A stretch of DNA of 64,000 nt from assembly GCA_963805625.1 (NCBI GenBank), contig CAWDVE010000010.1, forward strand, positions 960,001 to 1,024,000, in the 5' to 3' direction. The position numbers were made by a program, and so were the translations under genes. The DNA is from an uncultured Candidatus Rokubacteria bacterium. GTDB lineage: Bacteria > Methylomirabilota > Methylomirabilia > Rokubacteriales > DASRDR01. The notes below the pieces were generated by a model, which was not told the origin of the DNA, did not search any database, and worked only from the letters and a program-made list of their open reading frames with translations. Shown one piece after another: positions 10,232 to 21,477 of this stretch; position 1 is the stretch's first letter, and every line of letters starts with the position of its first letter.

Positions 10232-11434
10232 TCAGTGGCCGTAGGGGTCGGCTGCGTCGCGCAGGCCGTCGCCCATGAAGTTGAACGCGATGATCACGAC
10301 GATCACCGGGACCGCGGAGAACAGGAGCCACGGCGAGATCGCGAGCGCCTGGATGTTCTGCGCCTGCTGGAGAAGGACGCCCCAGCTGATCGCGGGCGGC
10401 CGGAGCCCGAGCCCCAGGAACGAGAGCGACGTCTCGCTGATGATCATGGCGGGAATCGCGAGGGTCGTGGCCGCGATGATGTGCGAGAGGAACGAGGGCA
10501 CCATGTGGCTCAGGATGATCCGGGGGCGGCTGCACCCGGCCAGCTCGGCCGCCATCACGAACTCCTCCTCGCGGAGCGAGAGGAACCGTCCGCGCACCAC
10601 GCGGGCAAGCTCGGTCCAGCCGATCAGCGAGATGATCACCGTGATGGCGAGGTAGACCTGGATCACTGACCAGTCGTTCGGGAGCGCCGCCGCCAGACCC
10701 ATCCAGAGCGGGATCGTCGGGATCGACCGCAGGATCTCGATGACGCGCTGGATGACGGTGTCGATGGCACCACCGTAGTAGCCGGAGATGCCGCCGAGGA
10801 ACACCCCTAGCACGAGCGCGATCGCGACGCCCGCGAGCCCGATGGTCAAGGACGTCCGGCTCGCGTACACGAGGCGCGACCACTGATCCCGCCCCTGCTC
10901 GTCCGTCCCGAGGAGGAACAGCGTCTCCTCCGGCTGGGCGTCCTCGACGCCCACGAGATGGAGGCTCGCCGGAACCAGCCCGAGGAAGTGATACTCGAAT
11001 CCGCGCACGAAGAAGCGCACCCGGATCTTCTTCGACGAGTCCGGCGTGTAGACCCGCTTCAGCGTGACCGGATCGCGCTGGCCGGTCAGCCCGTAGACGT
11101 GCGGGGAGAAGTGGCCCTCTTCGAACCAGTGGATCCGCTGCGGGGGAAGCAGCGAGCGCTGGGCCTCGGACGCCGTCGGCGGCGCGTATGCCAGGAACTC
11201 CGCGAAAATCACGCCGAGGTAGAAGAGCACGACGATGACCGTGGCCACCATCGCCAGGCGGTGGCGCCGGAAGCGCCACCACATGAGCTGCCACTGGCTG
11301 GCAACCGAGATGCGCTCCTCGGCGACCTCGCCGACCGCGAGATCGATCCCGGCGGCGACAGGTTCACCGGCGTCGGACCCCGGGCTGAGCGCGGTGACGG
11401 GCTCCGCGGAATGCCGCGCGTGGGGGACCGGCAC
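10232..11434 (-). CDS. ABC permease (OppC/DppC-like)
   Basis: WWRFRRHRLA, LGTDEQGRD, EFVMAAELAG EAA loop, GDGLRDAADP; start uncertain. Confidence 0.9.
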   Translation of the reverse strand: MPVPHARHSAEPVTALSPGSDAGEPVAAGIDLAVGEVAEERISVASQWQLMWWRFRRHRLAMVATVIVVLFYLGVIFAEFLAYAPPTASEAQRSLLPPQRIHWFEEGHFSPHVYGLTGQRDPVTLKRVYTPDSSKKIRVRFFVRGFEYHFLGLVPASLHLVGVEDAQPEETLFLLGTDEQGRDQWSRLVYASRTSLTIGLAGVAIALVLGVFLGGISGYYGGAIDTVIQRVIEILRSIPTIPLWMGLAAALPNDWSVIQVYLAITVIISLIGWTELARVVRGRFLSLREEEFVMAAELAGCSRPRIILSHMVPSFLSHIIAATTLAIPAMIISETSLSFLGLGLRPPAISWGVLLQQAQNIQALAISPWLLFSAVPVIVVIIAFNFMGDGLRDAADPYGH

Positions 11435-11439
11435 CTCGG

Positions 11440-12434
11440 CTATCGCTTGCCTTCCATCCGGATGCGCGGATCGATCCAGAGCAGGAGGAGATCGGAGAGG
11501 AAGGTGCCGACCACCGTCAGGACTCCGAGCAGCAGGACGATGGTCCCGGCAAGGAACATGTCCTGGGCCACGAGCGCCTTCAGGAGGAGCGGCCCCACGG
11601 TGGGCAGACTCAGGACCAGGGACACGATGATGCTGCCCGACACCACGTACGGGAGGAGGTAACCGATCGTGCTCGCGAAGGGGTTGAGGGCCACCCGCAC
11701 CGGGTACTTCAGGATGACCCGCAGCTCGGGCACCCCCCGGGCGCGCGCGGTCATCACGTACGGCTTCCGGAGCTCGTCGAGCAGGTTCGCGCGCATGATC
11801 CGGATGAGCTGCGCGGTGCCTGCCAGTCCCAGGATGAGCGCGGGCAGCGGGAGGTGCTTGATCAGGTCCCACCCCTTGGCCAGGCTCCACGGCGCCTCGA
11901 TGAACTCGTCGGAGAAGAGCCCGCCGATGCTCATGTTGAAGTAGCGGAAGCCGAGGTACATGAGGACGAGGGCGAGCATGAAGCTCGGGACGGCGAGCCC
12001 GATGAAGCCGATGAACGTCGCGACGTAGTCCCCGACGGAGTACTGGCGGACGGCCGAGTAGATGCCGATCGGAAGCGCGAGGACCCACGTCAGGATGATG
12101 GCGGCCACCGAGACGACCATAGTGAGCCACAGGCGGTCCCCGATGACCTCTGAGACCGGGCGCCTCCACTCCAGCGCCATCCCGAACCGCCCCTGCACGA
12201 CCTGTTTCATCCAGCGGAAGTACTGGACCAGAAGAGGCTTGTCGAGCCCGTACTCGCAGTCGGAGGGCCTCCGCCTCCTGCTCAGAGACGCTCCCGCCCG
12301 ACGCCGACATCTGGGCGATGTAGGAGGTGATGTAGTCGCCCGGCGGCAGCTGGATGATGACGAAGGCGAGAACGGAGATCGCCCAGCACCGTGAGCAGCG
12401 CGAGGATCAGCCGCTGTACGAGATACGTGATCAC
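11440..12434 (-). CDS. ABC permease (OppB/DppB-like); two +1 frameshifts near 12385 and 12257
   Basis: VITYLVQRL / IIQLPPGD / YGLDKP..PYVMTARARG..DPRIR lie in three frames. Confidence 0.85.
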
Positions 12435-12528
12435 GGAAACCTAGTCTACCCTGGCGACGCCCCCGGCCCGCCTCCCGGGCGGCCGTGCTGGCCGCCCGGG
12501 ACCGGGACCGGAATGGGCGTCGTGACCC

Positions 12529-14613
12529 TTACGCCTTGAAGTAGTACGTCGAGGGCTGAGAGGTGCCCGGCGTCCGGCAGTGCTGAGCATTGATCTGCCG
12601 CGCCGCCATGTTCCCCATCTTCCGGCTGGCGATGCGGACCCCCATCGTCGCCGGCGACTGGCCCACCGTCCCGATGGAGTACTGGCCGTCGATCATGATC
12701 CGGAAGATCTCCTGAGCGATCTTGATGCGCTCAGGCAGCTTCTTCCCATTCGCGGTGCGGAACATCTCGAGCGCCTTGAGCAACTCGGGATCCTTCGGCG
12801 CCTTTCCCTGCTTGCCACCCGAGGCGTACCAATCTGCGATTGGGTGCCCCATCAGGGCCTCCGCCGGATCGACCGGGAGACCGTGGCGCGGGAAGAGGTA
12901 GAGCAGCTCGGTGCCGTCGTTCGCCCAGATCGCGATCTGGTGCTCGTTGCTCCGCGATCCGGGTGAAGAACAGGCTGCGCTCGACCTCCTTGACGTCGGC
13001 CTGGATTCCGATCTTCTTCCACTGCTCCTGGATCATCTCGGCGATCTGAGTGTGCGGGATGAAGGCGCCCGCCGCGGTCAGCAGCTCGATGCGGAGCCGG
13101 CCCTTGCCGTCGAGACGCAGCCGGTAACCGTCGCCGTCCTTCTTGGTGAGGCCGATCTTGTCGAGCAGCGCGTTGGCCTGCTTGAGGTCGAGCGTCGACC
13201 ACTTCTTCCGCCACTCGGGCCCCGGGCTGTAGGGCGTAGTCTCGCTCGGGGCGACGGATCCGGGTACGCCGATCCCCAGCCAGAACGTCTCGTTGAGCTG
13301 GTCGCGGTCGATGCCCATCGAAAGCGCCCGACGAAAGTCGGCCGTGTGGAGCCACTTGGCGATCTCGGAGTCGGCGTCGTAGGCGTGGTTGATCTGGAGC
13401 GTGGCGTCGGAGCCGTTCAGGGCCGGGATCGAGCTTGACGTCGTAGCCGACCTTGTCCCGGTTCTCGAGGAACACCGGGAGCTTGGTCATGGCCGTGTGG
13501 CGCTCCTGCAGATCGTACTGGCCGGCGATGGCCCGGAGGTTCAGCACCTCGAGGTTCTCGGCGAGCGTCATCTGGATCCGGTCGATGTACGGAAGCTGGT
13601 TGCCGGCGGTGTCGACCTCGTAGAAGAAAGGGTTCCGCTCCATCACCCAGGTCGGGTTGTTGATGGGCGTGACGATCTTCCAGGGCGTCAGCACGGGCAG
13701 CTCCGGGGTTGAGCCGCCAGTCCCAGCGGTTCTTGATGTATGCCAGCCAGCCGTCGAAATTGGCCGCCTTCGCCTTCGCGTTCGCGGCGTCCATCCCGAT
13801 GTACTTCGGGTGGAACTGCTTGATGTAGTGGGCCGGCATGTAGGCACCCATCGCGCGCCCCTGCATCTGCCAGAGGGCCTGGCCGCCGCCCATCGCGGTC
13901 GAGCCAGCCAGGATGTCGAGGAAGAGGTAGTTCGGCTCCGGAAACTCGAAGAGCACCGTGGTCTCGTCGATCTTCTTGATGACCCCGGACTTGCCGTTGA
14001 TCATGAAGTCCGGATGCGGGGTCGGCGTGATGTCCTTGTTCAGGTAGACGTCCTCGTACCAGAACACGAAGTCGTCGGCGGTGAAGGGCTTTCCGTCCGA
14101 CCACTTGTGCCCTTTCCGGAGGTAGAGGGTCACCGACTTCCCGTCGTCGGCGAGGAGCCACTGGCGCCCGACGCACGGCATAACCTTGGTGCCGGTGTAC
14201 TCCCAGAAGAGGAGCTTGTCGGCGGAGACGATGCGGTTGCCGTTCTCGCCGTCGCCGGGGCCCGTGAAGCCGCGGCGCCAGGTCCCGCCGTAGCGCCCGA
14301 TTTCGTGCACCGGCTTGATGACGAGAGGCTCCTTCGGGATGCGCTGCTCCACCGGCGGGAGCTTGCCCTGCTTGACCAGCTCGGCGAGCATCGGAGCCTC
14401 GCTGAACTTCGTGGGCCACTTGGCCGGGTCGAGGATCAGCTCCGGTCCCTCGAGCTTGCCGATGAGCTGGGCCCCGAGCTTCGGTGGGGCCGCCCCGCCG
14501 GCACTCTGCCCGCGAACGGTCCCCGGCACCCCCACGGCGGCAAGGCCTCCGGAGAGCAGGGCCGCGTTCCGCATGAACTCGCGTCGACTCACACCATTCC
14601 GCTTCCTCGGCAT
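12529..14613 (-). CDS. Family 5 ABC substrate-binding protein with Tat signal; three +1 frameshifts (~13706, 13426, 12952)
   Basis: SRREF Tat motif, LPPVEQRIP, WSDGKPFTADD, GNQLPYID; continuous after removing three single bases. Confidence 0.85.
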
Positions 14614-14693
14614 CACGGACCCTCCTCGTTGACGGTCCCGGTCGGAAGACAGGGGGCTCGGGGCACGCTGTGTCGGCCCGGAGTCTAGCACGG

Positions 14694-14809
14694 CGGGGTC
14701 AGACTTTGACTTCTTAACAGTTCACGGCGGGTCACGGCGGGTGACGAGCCCCTGGCCCACCCTGGCCGGATCCGCCACGGCCGATTGCTCGGAAGTCAAG
14801 TCTGACCCC
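14694..14809. repeat. Palindromic element, copy 2
   Basis: 26 bp identical to the copy 1 left end (cggggtcagactttgacttcttaaca); right arm gaagtcaagtctgacccc lacks one A. Confidence 0.88.
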
Positions 14810-15797
14810 CGGCTCTGGCGGCTCCGCGGGCGTCCCGGCCGGCGATCCACCACGGCTGGGCGCAGAGCCAGCCCAGGAACTCGACGATCGTGTGCGCCGC
14901 CAGGTACGACGTGATCCCGGTGCCGATGTCGAGCATCGGATTCACCTCGACGAGGTCGAAGCCGACGATCCGCGTGTGCTCGGCCAGGGCCCGCAGCGTG
15001 TCCCGGAGCTCCGCGTAGAGGAACCCGTTCGGCTCGGCGGACACGCAGCCCGGGACCAGCGGGAGGTCGAGAACGTCGACGTCGACGCTCACGTAGCACG
15101 CCGCATCGCGAGGAATGCGGTCCACGAGGCCGCGCGGCGAGACGTCCCGGAACTCCTCCATGGTCACGATGCGGTTCCCGTCCCCCAGCGAGTCGTCCAT
15201 CATCACCCGCGAGTTCCGGAGGCTCCGGATCCCCACCTGCGTGAGGCTCCGCACGTGGGCCATCCGCGCGATGTGCCGGAACGGATGGCTGTTCGTCAGC
15301 TCGAGCCCGTGGACGAACGGCAGGTAGTCGAGGTGCGCGTCGAAGTGGACGACGTGGAGCGACTGCGCGTACGCGCGCACGACCGGATACGTGATGCCGT
15401 GGTCGCCGCCCAGTACGACGGGCAGTGCACCCCGGGCGAGGAGCCGGCGCACCATCTCCGTCACATTGTCGAACGTGCCCGCCACGTTGGTCGGCAGCAC
15501 GTCGGCATCCCCCGCGTCGACGATGCGGCCGTGGGAGAGCTCGTGGGTCAGGAACTCCCGCCGGAGCGACGGGTCGTAGTAGCCCTGACCGCGTCCGCCG
15601 AAGCGCATCGAGTGCTCCCGGATGCCCCGCGGCCCGAAGCGGGAGCCCGGCATGAACGGGGATCCCTCGTCGCTCGGGACACCCATCACCGCGATGTCGG
15701 CGTCGAGCCGGTCGAGGTCCGTCGCGATGACGGAGCGCAGGAACGACGGAATGCCGACGAACGGGGCGTTCCAGCGAGACTCGCCGGACGGTTGCAT
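14796..15797 (-). CDS. Agmatinase-family ureohydrolase
   Basis: GSRFGP, GGDHGIT, DAHLD, SVDVDVLD, DLVEVNP. Confidence 0.92.
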   Translation of the reverse strand: MQPSGESRWNAPFVGIPSFLRSVIATDLDRLDADIAVMGVPSDEGSPFMPGSRFGPRGIREHSMRFGGRGQGYYDPSLRREFLTHELSHGRIVDAGDADVLPTNVAGTFDNVTEMVRRLLARGALPVVLGGDHGITYPVVRAYAQSLHVVHFDAHLDYLPFVHGLELTNSHPFRHIARMAHVRSLTQVGIRSLRNSRVMMDDSLGDGNRIVTMEEFRDVSPRGLVDRIPRDAACYVSVDVDVLDLPLVPGCVSAEPNGFLYAELRDTLRALAEHTRIVGFDLVEVNPMLDIGTGITSYLAAHTIVEFLGWLCAQPWWIAGRDARGAARAGGQT

Positions 15798-15808
15798 CGG
15801 CGGGCCGC

Positions 15809-16783
15809 TCAGGCGCCGATGCGCGCCGGCGCGCGGCCGCCCGTCCGCTCCGCGCTCGCCGGGCCGAGCCCGTGGCGCGCGAGCACCGCCGCGATCGCGC
15901 GGCGTTCCGCCTCGGTCGACGGCACGAGCGGCAAGGCGGGCATGCCGCTCCCGATCCCTATCATGGCGCAGGCCGCCTTGAGCGCCGGCAGCCAGTGCCC
16001 GATCTCGTGGATCGCGCAGAGATCCAGGACCGCGCCCTGGAGCCGGGCGCACCCGGCGCCATCGCCCCGAGACGCCGCCGCCCGGAGCTCGACCAGCAGC
16101 GCGGGCACCACGTTCGCGAGGCCAGGGACGAGCCCATCTCCCCCCATGCGGAGGCTCGCGGCCACCAGGTGCTCGTGGCCCTGGAGCACCCGGAAGTCGG
16201 TTCGTGTCGTCTTGATCGCGAGGAACGCCTGGAATGCGACGAAGTCACCGGCGGAGTCCTTGATCCCGAGGACCCGGCTGTCGCGCGCCATCTCCGCCAC
16301 CGTGGCGGGCGCGAGGATCTGGTGGGTGCATTGCGGGATATTGTAGAGAAGGGCCGGTCGGTCGGTCGCCTCGATCACCGTCTCGATGTGGCGCCGCTGG
16401 GCGGCCGCGTCGACGCCGAAGTAGTACGGAGATCCGACGACCACCGCGTCGGCCCCCTCGGCCGCCGCCTGGCGCGCCGCCTCCACCGCCGGCGCCGTGG
16501 CCGGCAGCATCACCCCCGCCAGGACCGGCACCCGGCCGGCGACAGCCCGGACGAACGCACGGACCACGACTCCGCGCTGGCGCGAAGTGAGCCACGCCCC
16601 CTCGCCGCAGCCTCCCAGAATGAATAGCCCGCTCGAGCCGCCCTGGAGCACGTGCTCCACCAGGATGCCGATCGCGTCGTCGTCGATCTCACGGGTGGCG
16701 TCGAGCGGCGAGATCGTCGGGGGGACGATGCCGGTGAGAGCCCCGTCCCAGGTCCAGCGGCGCCCGGCGCCCGGCGTCGTCAT
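15809..16783 (-). CDS. DapA/DHDPS-family lyase
   Basis: LGGCGEG, PYYF, LYNIP, GIKDS. Confidence 0.88.
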   Translation of the reverse strand: MTTPGAGRRWTWDGALTGIVPPTISPLDATREIDDDAIGILVEHVLQGGSSGLFILGGCGEGAWLTSRQRGVVVRAFVRAVAGRVPVLAGVMLPATAPAVEAARQAAAEGADAVVVGSPYYFGVDAAAQRRHIETVIEATDRPALLYNIPQCTHQILAPATVAEMARDSRVLGIKDSAGDFVAFQAFLAIKTTRTDFRVLQGHEHLVAASLRMGGDGLVPGLANVVPALLVELRAAASRGDGAGCARLQGAVLDLCAIHEIGHWLPALKAACAMIGIGSGMPALPLVPSTEAERRAIAAVLARHGLGPASAERTGGRAPARIGA

Positions 16784-18153
16784 GCGGAGCTCCGCCCGCC
16801 GACGAGCGCCCGCTCCGGCGTGCCGGTCCCGAGCACGTCCTTGAGCGACGCCTCGATGATGTCGAGCATGTCGTCCACCTCGGCGGCGGTGATCGTGAGC
16901 GGCGGGGCGAGCGCGAGCATCCAGTGGCTCGCGCGCAGCAGGAGGCCCCGCCGGCGCGCGGCCTCACGCACGCGGATCCCGAAGTTCACGTCGGCCGGGT
17001 AACGCTCGCGCGTGGCCGGGTCACGGACGAACTCGACGCCGATGAGGAGTCCCTCGCCCCGGACATCCCCGATCACGGGCAGGCGCCGCCCCATCTCGCG
17101 GAGGCGCGCCATCGCCTGGGCCCCGCGGGCTCGCGAGTTCTCGACGATGCCGTCGTCGAAGATCTGCCGGATGGCGGCGATCCCGACGGCGGAGGCCACC
17201 GGGTTTCCGCCGAAGGTATGGCCGGCGTGGAACTGGACCTGATCGACGGCGCTGCCGTAGAAGACCTGACCGATCTTCGTGGTGAGGAGGTTCGCGGACA
17301 GCGGGGCGTAGCCTCCGCTGATCCCCTTCCCCACGCAGAAGATGTCCGGCCAGGCGTTCCAGTGCTCGGCCGCGAACAGCTTCCCCGTCCTTCCGAATCC
17401 GGTGATGATCTCGTCGTAGATGAGGACGATGTCGTACCGGTCGCACAGCTCTCGCACGCGCGGAAGGTACTCGCGCGGGGGCACGACCACGCCCGCCGAC
17501 GTCATGATCGGCTCGGTGATGAAGCCCGCGATGGTCTCGGGGCCTTCGAGCTGGATGACCTCTTCCAGGAGCCGCGCGTACGTGGGGCCGACCGACTCGG
17601 AGCCGCCGGGGAAGGGGGGGCGGTACGGATCCGGGGTGTGGAGGTGGATGAACCCGCCGGGGAGCGGCTCGTAGGGCACGCGCCACCCCGGCCAGCCGCC
17701 GGCAGCGAGGGCGTGGCCGGTACCGCCGTGGTAGGCGCGGTAGTGCGACAGGATCTTGTACTTGGTCCCGTGCCCCACCTGCTTGTGATACTGGCGGGCC
17801 ATCTTGATCGCCGCCTCGGTCACCTCCGAGCCGCCGGAGAGGAGCTTGATGGTCGTGTACTGGGGCGGGGTGATGTCGAGCAGGAGCTTCACGAGCTCGA
17901 GCGCCCGGTCGCTGGTCCCGAGCGTCGGGGCCGCGAGGGCCAGCCGCTCGATCTGGCGAGAAGCAGCCTCCGCGAGGCGCTTGTTGCCATGGCCCAGGTT
18001 GACGCAAAAAGTCCCGCTCAGCCCGTCGATGAAGCGCCGTCCGTCGACGTCGATGACGTGGATGCCACGACCTTCGGTCAGGATCAGCGGGTCCTCGGCG
18101 AACTCCTTCATCGGCAGGAAGTCGACCATGATGTGGCGGGCGAGCTCTTTCAT
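16780..18153 (-). CDS. Class III aminotransferase
   Basis: GGSE, YHG, ITEP, DEIITGFGRTG, GKGISGGY. Confidence 0.92.
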   Translation of the reverse strand: MKELARHIMVDFLPMKEFAEDPLILTEGRGIHVIDVDGRRFIDGLSGTFCVNLGHGNKRLAEAASRQIERLALAAPTLGTSDRALELVKLLLDITPPQYTTIKLLSGGSEVTEAAIKMARQYHKQVGHGTKYKILSHYRAYHGGTGHALAAGGWPGWRVPYEPLPGGFIHLHTPDPYRPPFPGGSESVGPTYARLLEEVIQLEGPETIAGFITEPIMTSAGVVVPPREYLPRVRELCDRYDIVLIYDEIITGFGRTGKLFAAEHWNAWPDIFCVGKGISGGYAPLSANLLTTKIGQVFYGSAVDQVQFHAGHTFGGNPVASAVGIAAIRQIFDDGIVENSRARGAQAMARLREMGRRLPVIGDVRGEGLLIGVEFVRDPATRERYPADVNFGIRVREAARRRGLLLRASHWMLALAPPLTITAAEVDDMLDIIEASLKDVLGTGTPERALVGGRSSA

Positions 18154-18387
18154 CGCATCTCCCTTGGCGGCTGGACTTGGGCGGCACCGCGCTTCCGGCG
18201 CAACGCACGCACCCGATTGTACTGGCGCGCCCGGCGGTCGCCAAGGGGACCCGTCGCACGGTGCCAAGGCCGCGCGCGGGTGGCGGACAGGCCGCGGGAC
18301 CCTGTGGTAGGGTGAACCCGGCCCTCCGGGGACGCCGGGGGGGCAGAGGCCCACACGCCCGGTCCAGCCGGGCCAGGAGGAACGACC

Positions 18388-19572
18388 ATGGCGGAGGCGG
18401 TGATCGTCTCGACGGCCCGGACGCCCATCGGCAAGGCCTACCGGGGTGCGTTCAACAACACCCACGGGGCGGTCCTGGCGGGCCACGTCATCGAGCACGC
18501 TGTCCAGCGCGCGCGGCTCGACCCGGCGGAGGTCGAGGACGTCGTGATCGGATGCGCGATGCCCGAGGGTGCGACCGGCCACAACATCGCGCGGCAGGCG
18601 GCGCTCCGTGCGGGGCTCCCCGTCACGGCCGCCGCCACCACGATCAACCGCTTCTGCTCCTCTGGCCTCCAGGCCGTCGCGGTCGCGGCCCAGCGCGTGA
18701 TCGTGGACCGCGTCCCCGTCGCCGTGGCGGGCGGCGTGGAGTCGATCAGCCTCGTGCAGAACGAGCACCAGAACCGGTTCCGGCTGACCGAGGACTGGCT
18801 CCTCGAGCACAAGCCGGAGGTGTACATGTCGATGCTGAACACGGCCGAGGTCGTGGCCAAGCGCTACGGCGTCACACGGGAGATGCAGGACCGCTACAGC
18901 CTCGAGAGCCAGCGCCGGATCGCGGCCGCCCAGCGCGAGGGCCGGCTGGACGCCGAGATCGTGCCGCTCAAGTCGGTCAAGCTGGTCACGGACAAGGCGA
19001 CCGGCGAGACGCGCGAGGAGTCGGTCACCCTCGCCCAGGACGAGGGCAACCGCGCCGACACGACCGCCGAGGGCCTCGCCGGGCTGAAGCCCGTGGTCAG
19101 CGCCGCCGGGACCATCACCGCCGGCAACGCGAGCCAGCTGTCCGACGGCGCCTCGGCCTGCGTCGTGATGGACGCGAAGCTGGCCGAGCAGCGCGGCCTC
19201 CAGCCGCTCGGCATCTTCCGCGGGCTCGCCGTCGCCGGGTGCGAGCCCGACGAGATGGGGATCGGGCCGGTCTTCGCCGTGCCGCGGCTCCTCGAGCGCC
19301 ACGGGCTCACGGTGGACGACATCGACCTCTGGGAGCTCAACGAGGCGTTCGCGGTCCAGGTCGTCTACTGCCGCGATCGCCTGGGCATCCCGATGGAGAA
19401 GCTGAACGTCGACGGCGGTGCGATCGCAATCGGCCACCCCTACGGGATGAGCGGCGCGCGCATGACGGGCCACGCCTTGATCGAGGGGAAGCGCCGTCGG
19501 GCGCGGCGCGTGGTCGTGACCATGTGCATCGGGGGCGGCATGGGCGCGGCCGGCCTCTTCGAGATCGCGTAG
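18388..19572 (+). CDS. Thiolase (acetyl-CoA C-acyltransferase)
   Basis: NRFCSSG, NEAF, GHPYG, CIGGG. Confidence 0.95.
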   Translation: MAEAVIVSTARTPIGKAYRGAFNNTHGAVLAGHVIEHAVQRARLDPAEVEDVVIGCAMPEGATGHNIARQAALRAGLPVTAAATTINRFCSSGLQAVAVAAQRVIVDRVPVAVAGGVESISLVQNEHQNRFRLTEDWLLEHKPEVYMSMLNTAEVVAKRYGVTREMQDRYSLESQRRIAAAQREGRLDAEIVPLKSVKLVTDKATGETREESVTLAQDEGNRADTTAEGLAGLKPVVSAAGTITAGNASQLSDGASACVVMDAKLAEQRGLQPLGIFRGLAVAGCEPDEMGIGPVFAVPRLLERHGLTVDDIDLWELNEAFAVQVVYCRDRLGIPMEKLNVDGGAIAIGHPYGMSGARMTGHALIEGKRRRARRVVVTMCIGGGMGAAGLFEIA

Positions 19573-19638
19573 CGACACTTCGCGCGCCGGACCCTCCCGG
19601 CTCACCGCGTCTCCCGGTGTAGAATGCCGCGGGACGAC

Positions 19639-20535
19639 ATGGGCGAGACTATCTTCTTCGGCTACGACCGCGCGGCCCTCGACCGCGAGTACGACAACCG
19701 CGGGAAGGTCGCGAACTTCGCCGAGTACCTATCCCGCTACCCCGCCGAGAGCAGCCGCATCCGTGACACGCTCCCGAGCCGGCTGGATCTCCGTTACGGC
19801 CCGAATCCCGGGGAAACGCTCGACCTCTTCCTGCCGGAAGGTCATGGTCCCTGGCCGGTCCACGTCTTCGTCCACGGCGGCTACTGGCGTGCGCTCGACA
19901 AGCAGGACTTCAGCTTCGTCGCGGGGGCGTTTCAGCCCGCCGGCGTCCTCGTGGCCGTGATCAACTACGCCCTCATCCCGACCGTCGACATGGACGAGTT
20001 GGTCCGGCAAGTGCGCGCCTCGGTGGCGTGGCTCCACCGGAACGTCGCGGCCCTCGGCGGTGATCCCGCGCGCCTCACCGTCTCCGGGCACTCCGCCGGC
20101 GGTCACCTGGCCGCGATGCTGATGTCGACGGACTGGGGCCGATTCGCCCGGCTCCCGGGCGACGTGGTCAAGGCCGGCTGCGGCATCAGCGGGCTGTACG
20201 ACCTGGAGCCCATCCGCCTCTGCTACCTGAACGAGACGCTCGGGCTCACGCAGGAAACGGCGCGCCGGAACAGCCCCGTCCACCTCGTCCCACCCAGCGC
20301 CGGCCGGCTCCTGCTCGCGGTCGGGGCCAAGGAGGGCGACGAGTATCATCGCCAGACCGAGTCGCTCGCCGCCGCCTGGCGGCGGCGCGACCTCGCGGTC
20401 GAGGTCATGGACATGGAAGGCCACGATCACTTCTCCATCATCACGGAGCTCGGGAACCGAGGAACCCCGCTCAGCCGAGCGATCCTGCGCCAGATCAGCG
20501 TCCCCGTGGCCGGCCGCGAGCCGGCGGGGCGATGA
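19639..20535 (+). CDS. Alpha/beta hydrolase, arylformamidase-like
   Basis: HGGYW, GHSAGG, ISGLYDL, DHF. Confidence 0.85.
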   Translation: MGETIFFGYDRAALDREYDNRGKVANFAEYLSRYPAESSRIRDTLPSRLDLRYGPNPGETLDLFLPEGHGPWPVHVFVHGGYWRALDKQDFSFVAGAFQPAGVLVAVINYALIPTVDMDELVRQVRASVAWLHRNVAALGGDPARLTVSGHSAGGHLAAMLMSTDWGRFARLPGDVVKAGCGISGLYDLEPIRLCYLNETLGLTQETARRNSPVHLVPPSAGRLLLAVGAKEGDEYHRQTESLAAAWRRRDLAVEVMDMEGHDHFSIITELGNRGTPLSRAILRQISVPVAGREPAGR

Positions 20536-21056
20536 TCCGCGAGGTCCCCGGACGGAAGCCGCGGATCCACCCCGACACCTGGATCGATCCGTCGGCCGAG
20601 GTGATCGGAGACGTCATCATCGAGCAGGGCGCGAGCGTCTGGCCCGGAGCAGTGCTTCGCGGCGACGAGGACAACTACGTCCGCCTCGGCAAGAACTCGA
20701 ACGTCCAGGATGGATCCGTCCTCCACGTCACGCCGGAGTTCCCGTGCGTCGTCGGTGCCGGCGTGACCATCGGCCACCGGGCCGTCGTCCACGCCTGCAC
20801 CGTCAAGGACAACGCCCGAATCGGGATCGGGGCCGTCGTCCTGACCGGCGCCGTGATCGAGGAGAATGCCCAGGTGGGCGCGGGCGCCGTCGTCCCGCCG
20901 GGCAAGATCGTGCCGGCGGGCTGGCTGGTGATGGGGGTCCCGGCCAAGCCCGTGCGCCAGATGGTCCCCGAAGAGCTCGAGGAGATCCGGCGCAACGCGA
21001 CGGCGTACGTCGCACTCTGGCGCCGAGATTACGGGCCACGCTCCGACCCCCGCTAG
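20532..21056 (+). CDS. Gamma carbonic anhydrase family protein
   Basis: LRGD, NVQDGSVLH, TIGH..HAC, hexapeptide repeats. Confidence 0.92.
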   Translation: MIREVPGRKPRIHPDTWIDPSAEVIGDVIIEQGASVWPGAVLRGDEDNYVRLGKNSNVQDGSVLHVTPEFPCVVGAGVTIGHRAVVHACTVKDNARIGIGAVVLTGAVIEENAQVGAGAVVPPGKIVPAGWLVMGVPAKPVRQMVPEELEEIRRNATAYVALWRRDYGPRSDPR

Positions 21057-21116
21057 ACGAGGGGGGAAGGACGCCAGTCCGAACCGACACCGCCGTCTTC
21101 CACACGAGGAGGATTC

Positions 21117-21467
21117 ATGTCGTTCCACACGCGCTATCTCTTCTCCGCCGCCATGGACGTCGATCCGAGCCGGGAAGCCCTCTTCCACGAGGTCTACGAC
21201 AAGGAGCACATCCCGGCTCTCCTGGAGGTGCCGGGCGTCGTGTCGGCCGCACGCTTCAAGGTCCGCGAGCTGACGCTGATGATCGGCGGGGAGCGAAAGA
21301 CCATCGACCCCCAGGGGGCGCCGCGCTACAACGCGCTCTACGAGCTCGAGTCCCCGGAGGTCCTGGTCACCTCGGCGTGGGCCCGCGCGGTCGAGCGGGG
21401 ACGGTGGCCGACCGAGGTCCGGGCGTTCACCCGGAACCGCCACCACCTCCTCTACGAGCGCCTCTGA
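21117..21467 (+). CDS. Small EthD/DUF4286-like protein
   Basis: YDKEHIPALLEVPGVVSAARF, ALYELES; GAGGAGG RBS. Confidence 0.65.
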   Translation: MSFHTRYLFSAAMDVDPSREALFHEVYDKEHIPALLEVPGVVSAARFKVRELTLMIGGERKTIDPQGAPRYNALYELESPEVLVTSAWARAVERGRWPTEVRAFTRNRHHLLYERL

Positions 21468-21477
21468 GCCAGGGCCG

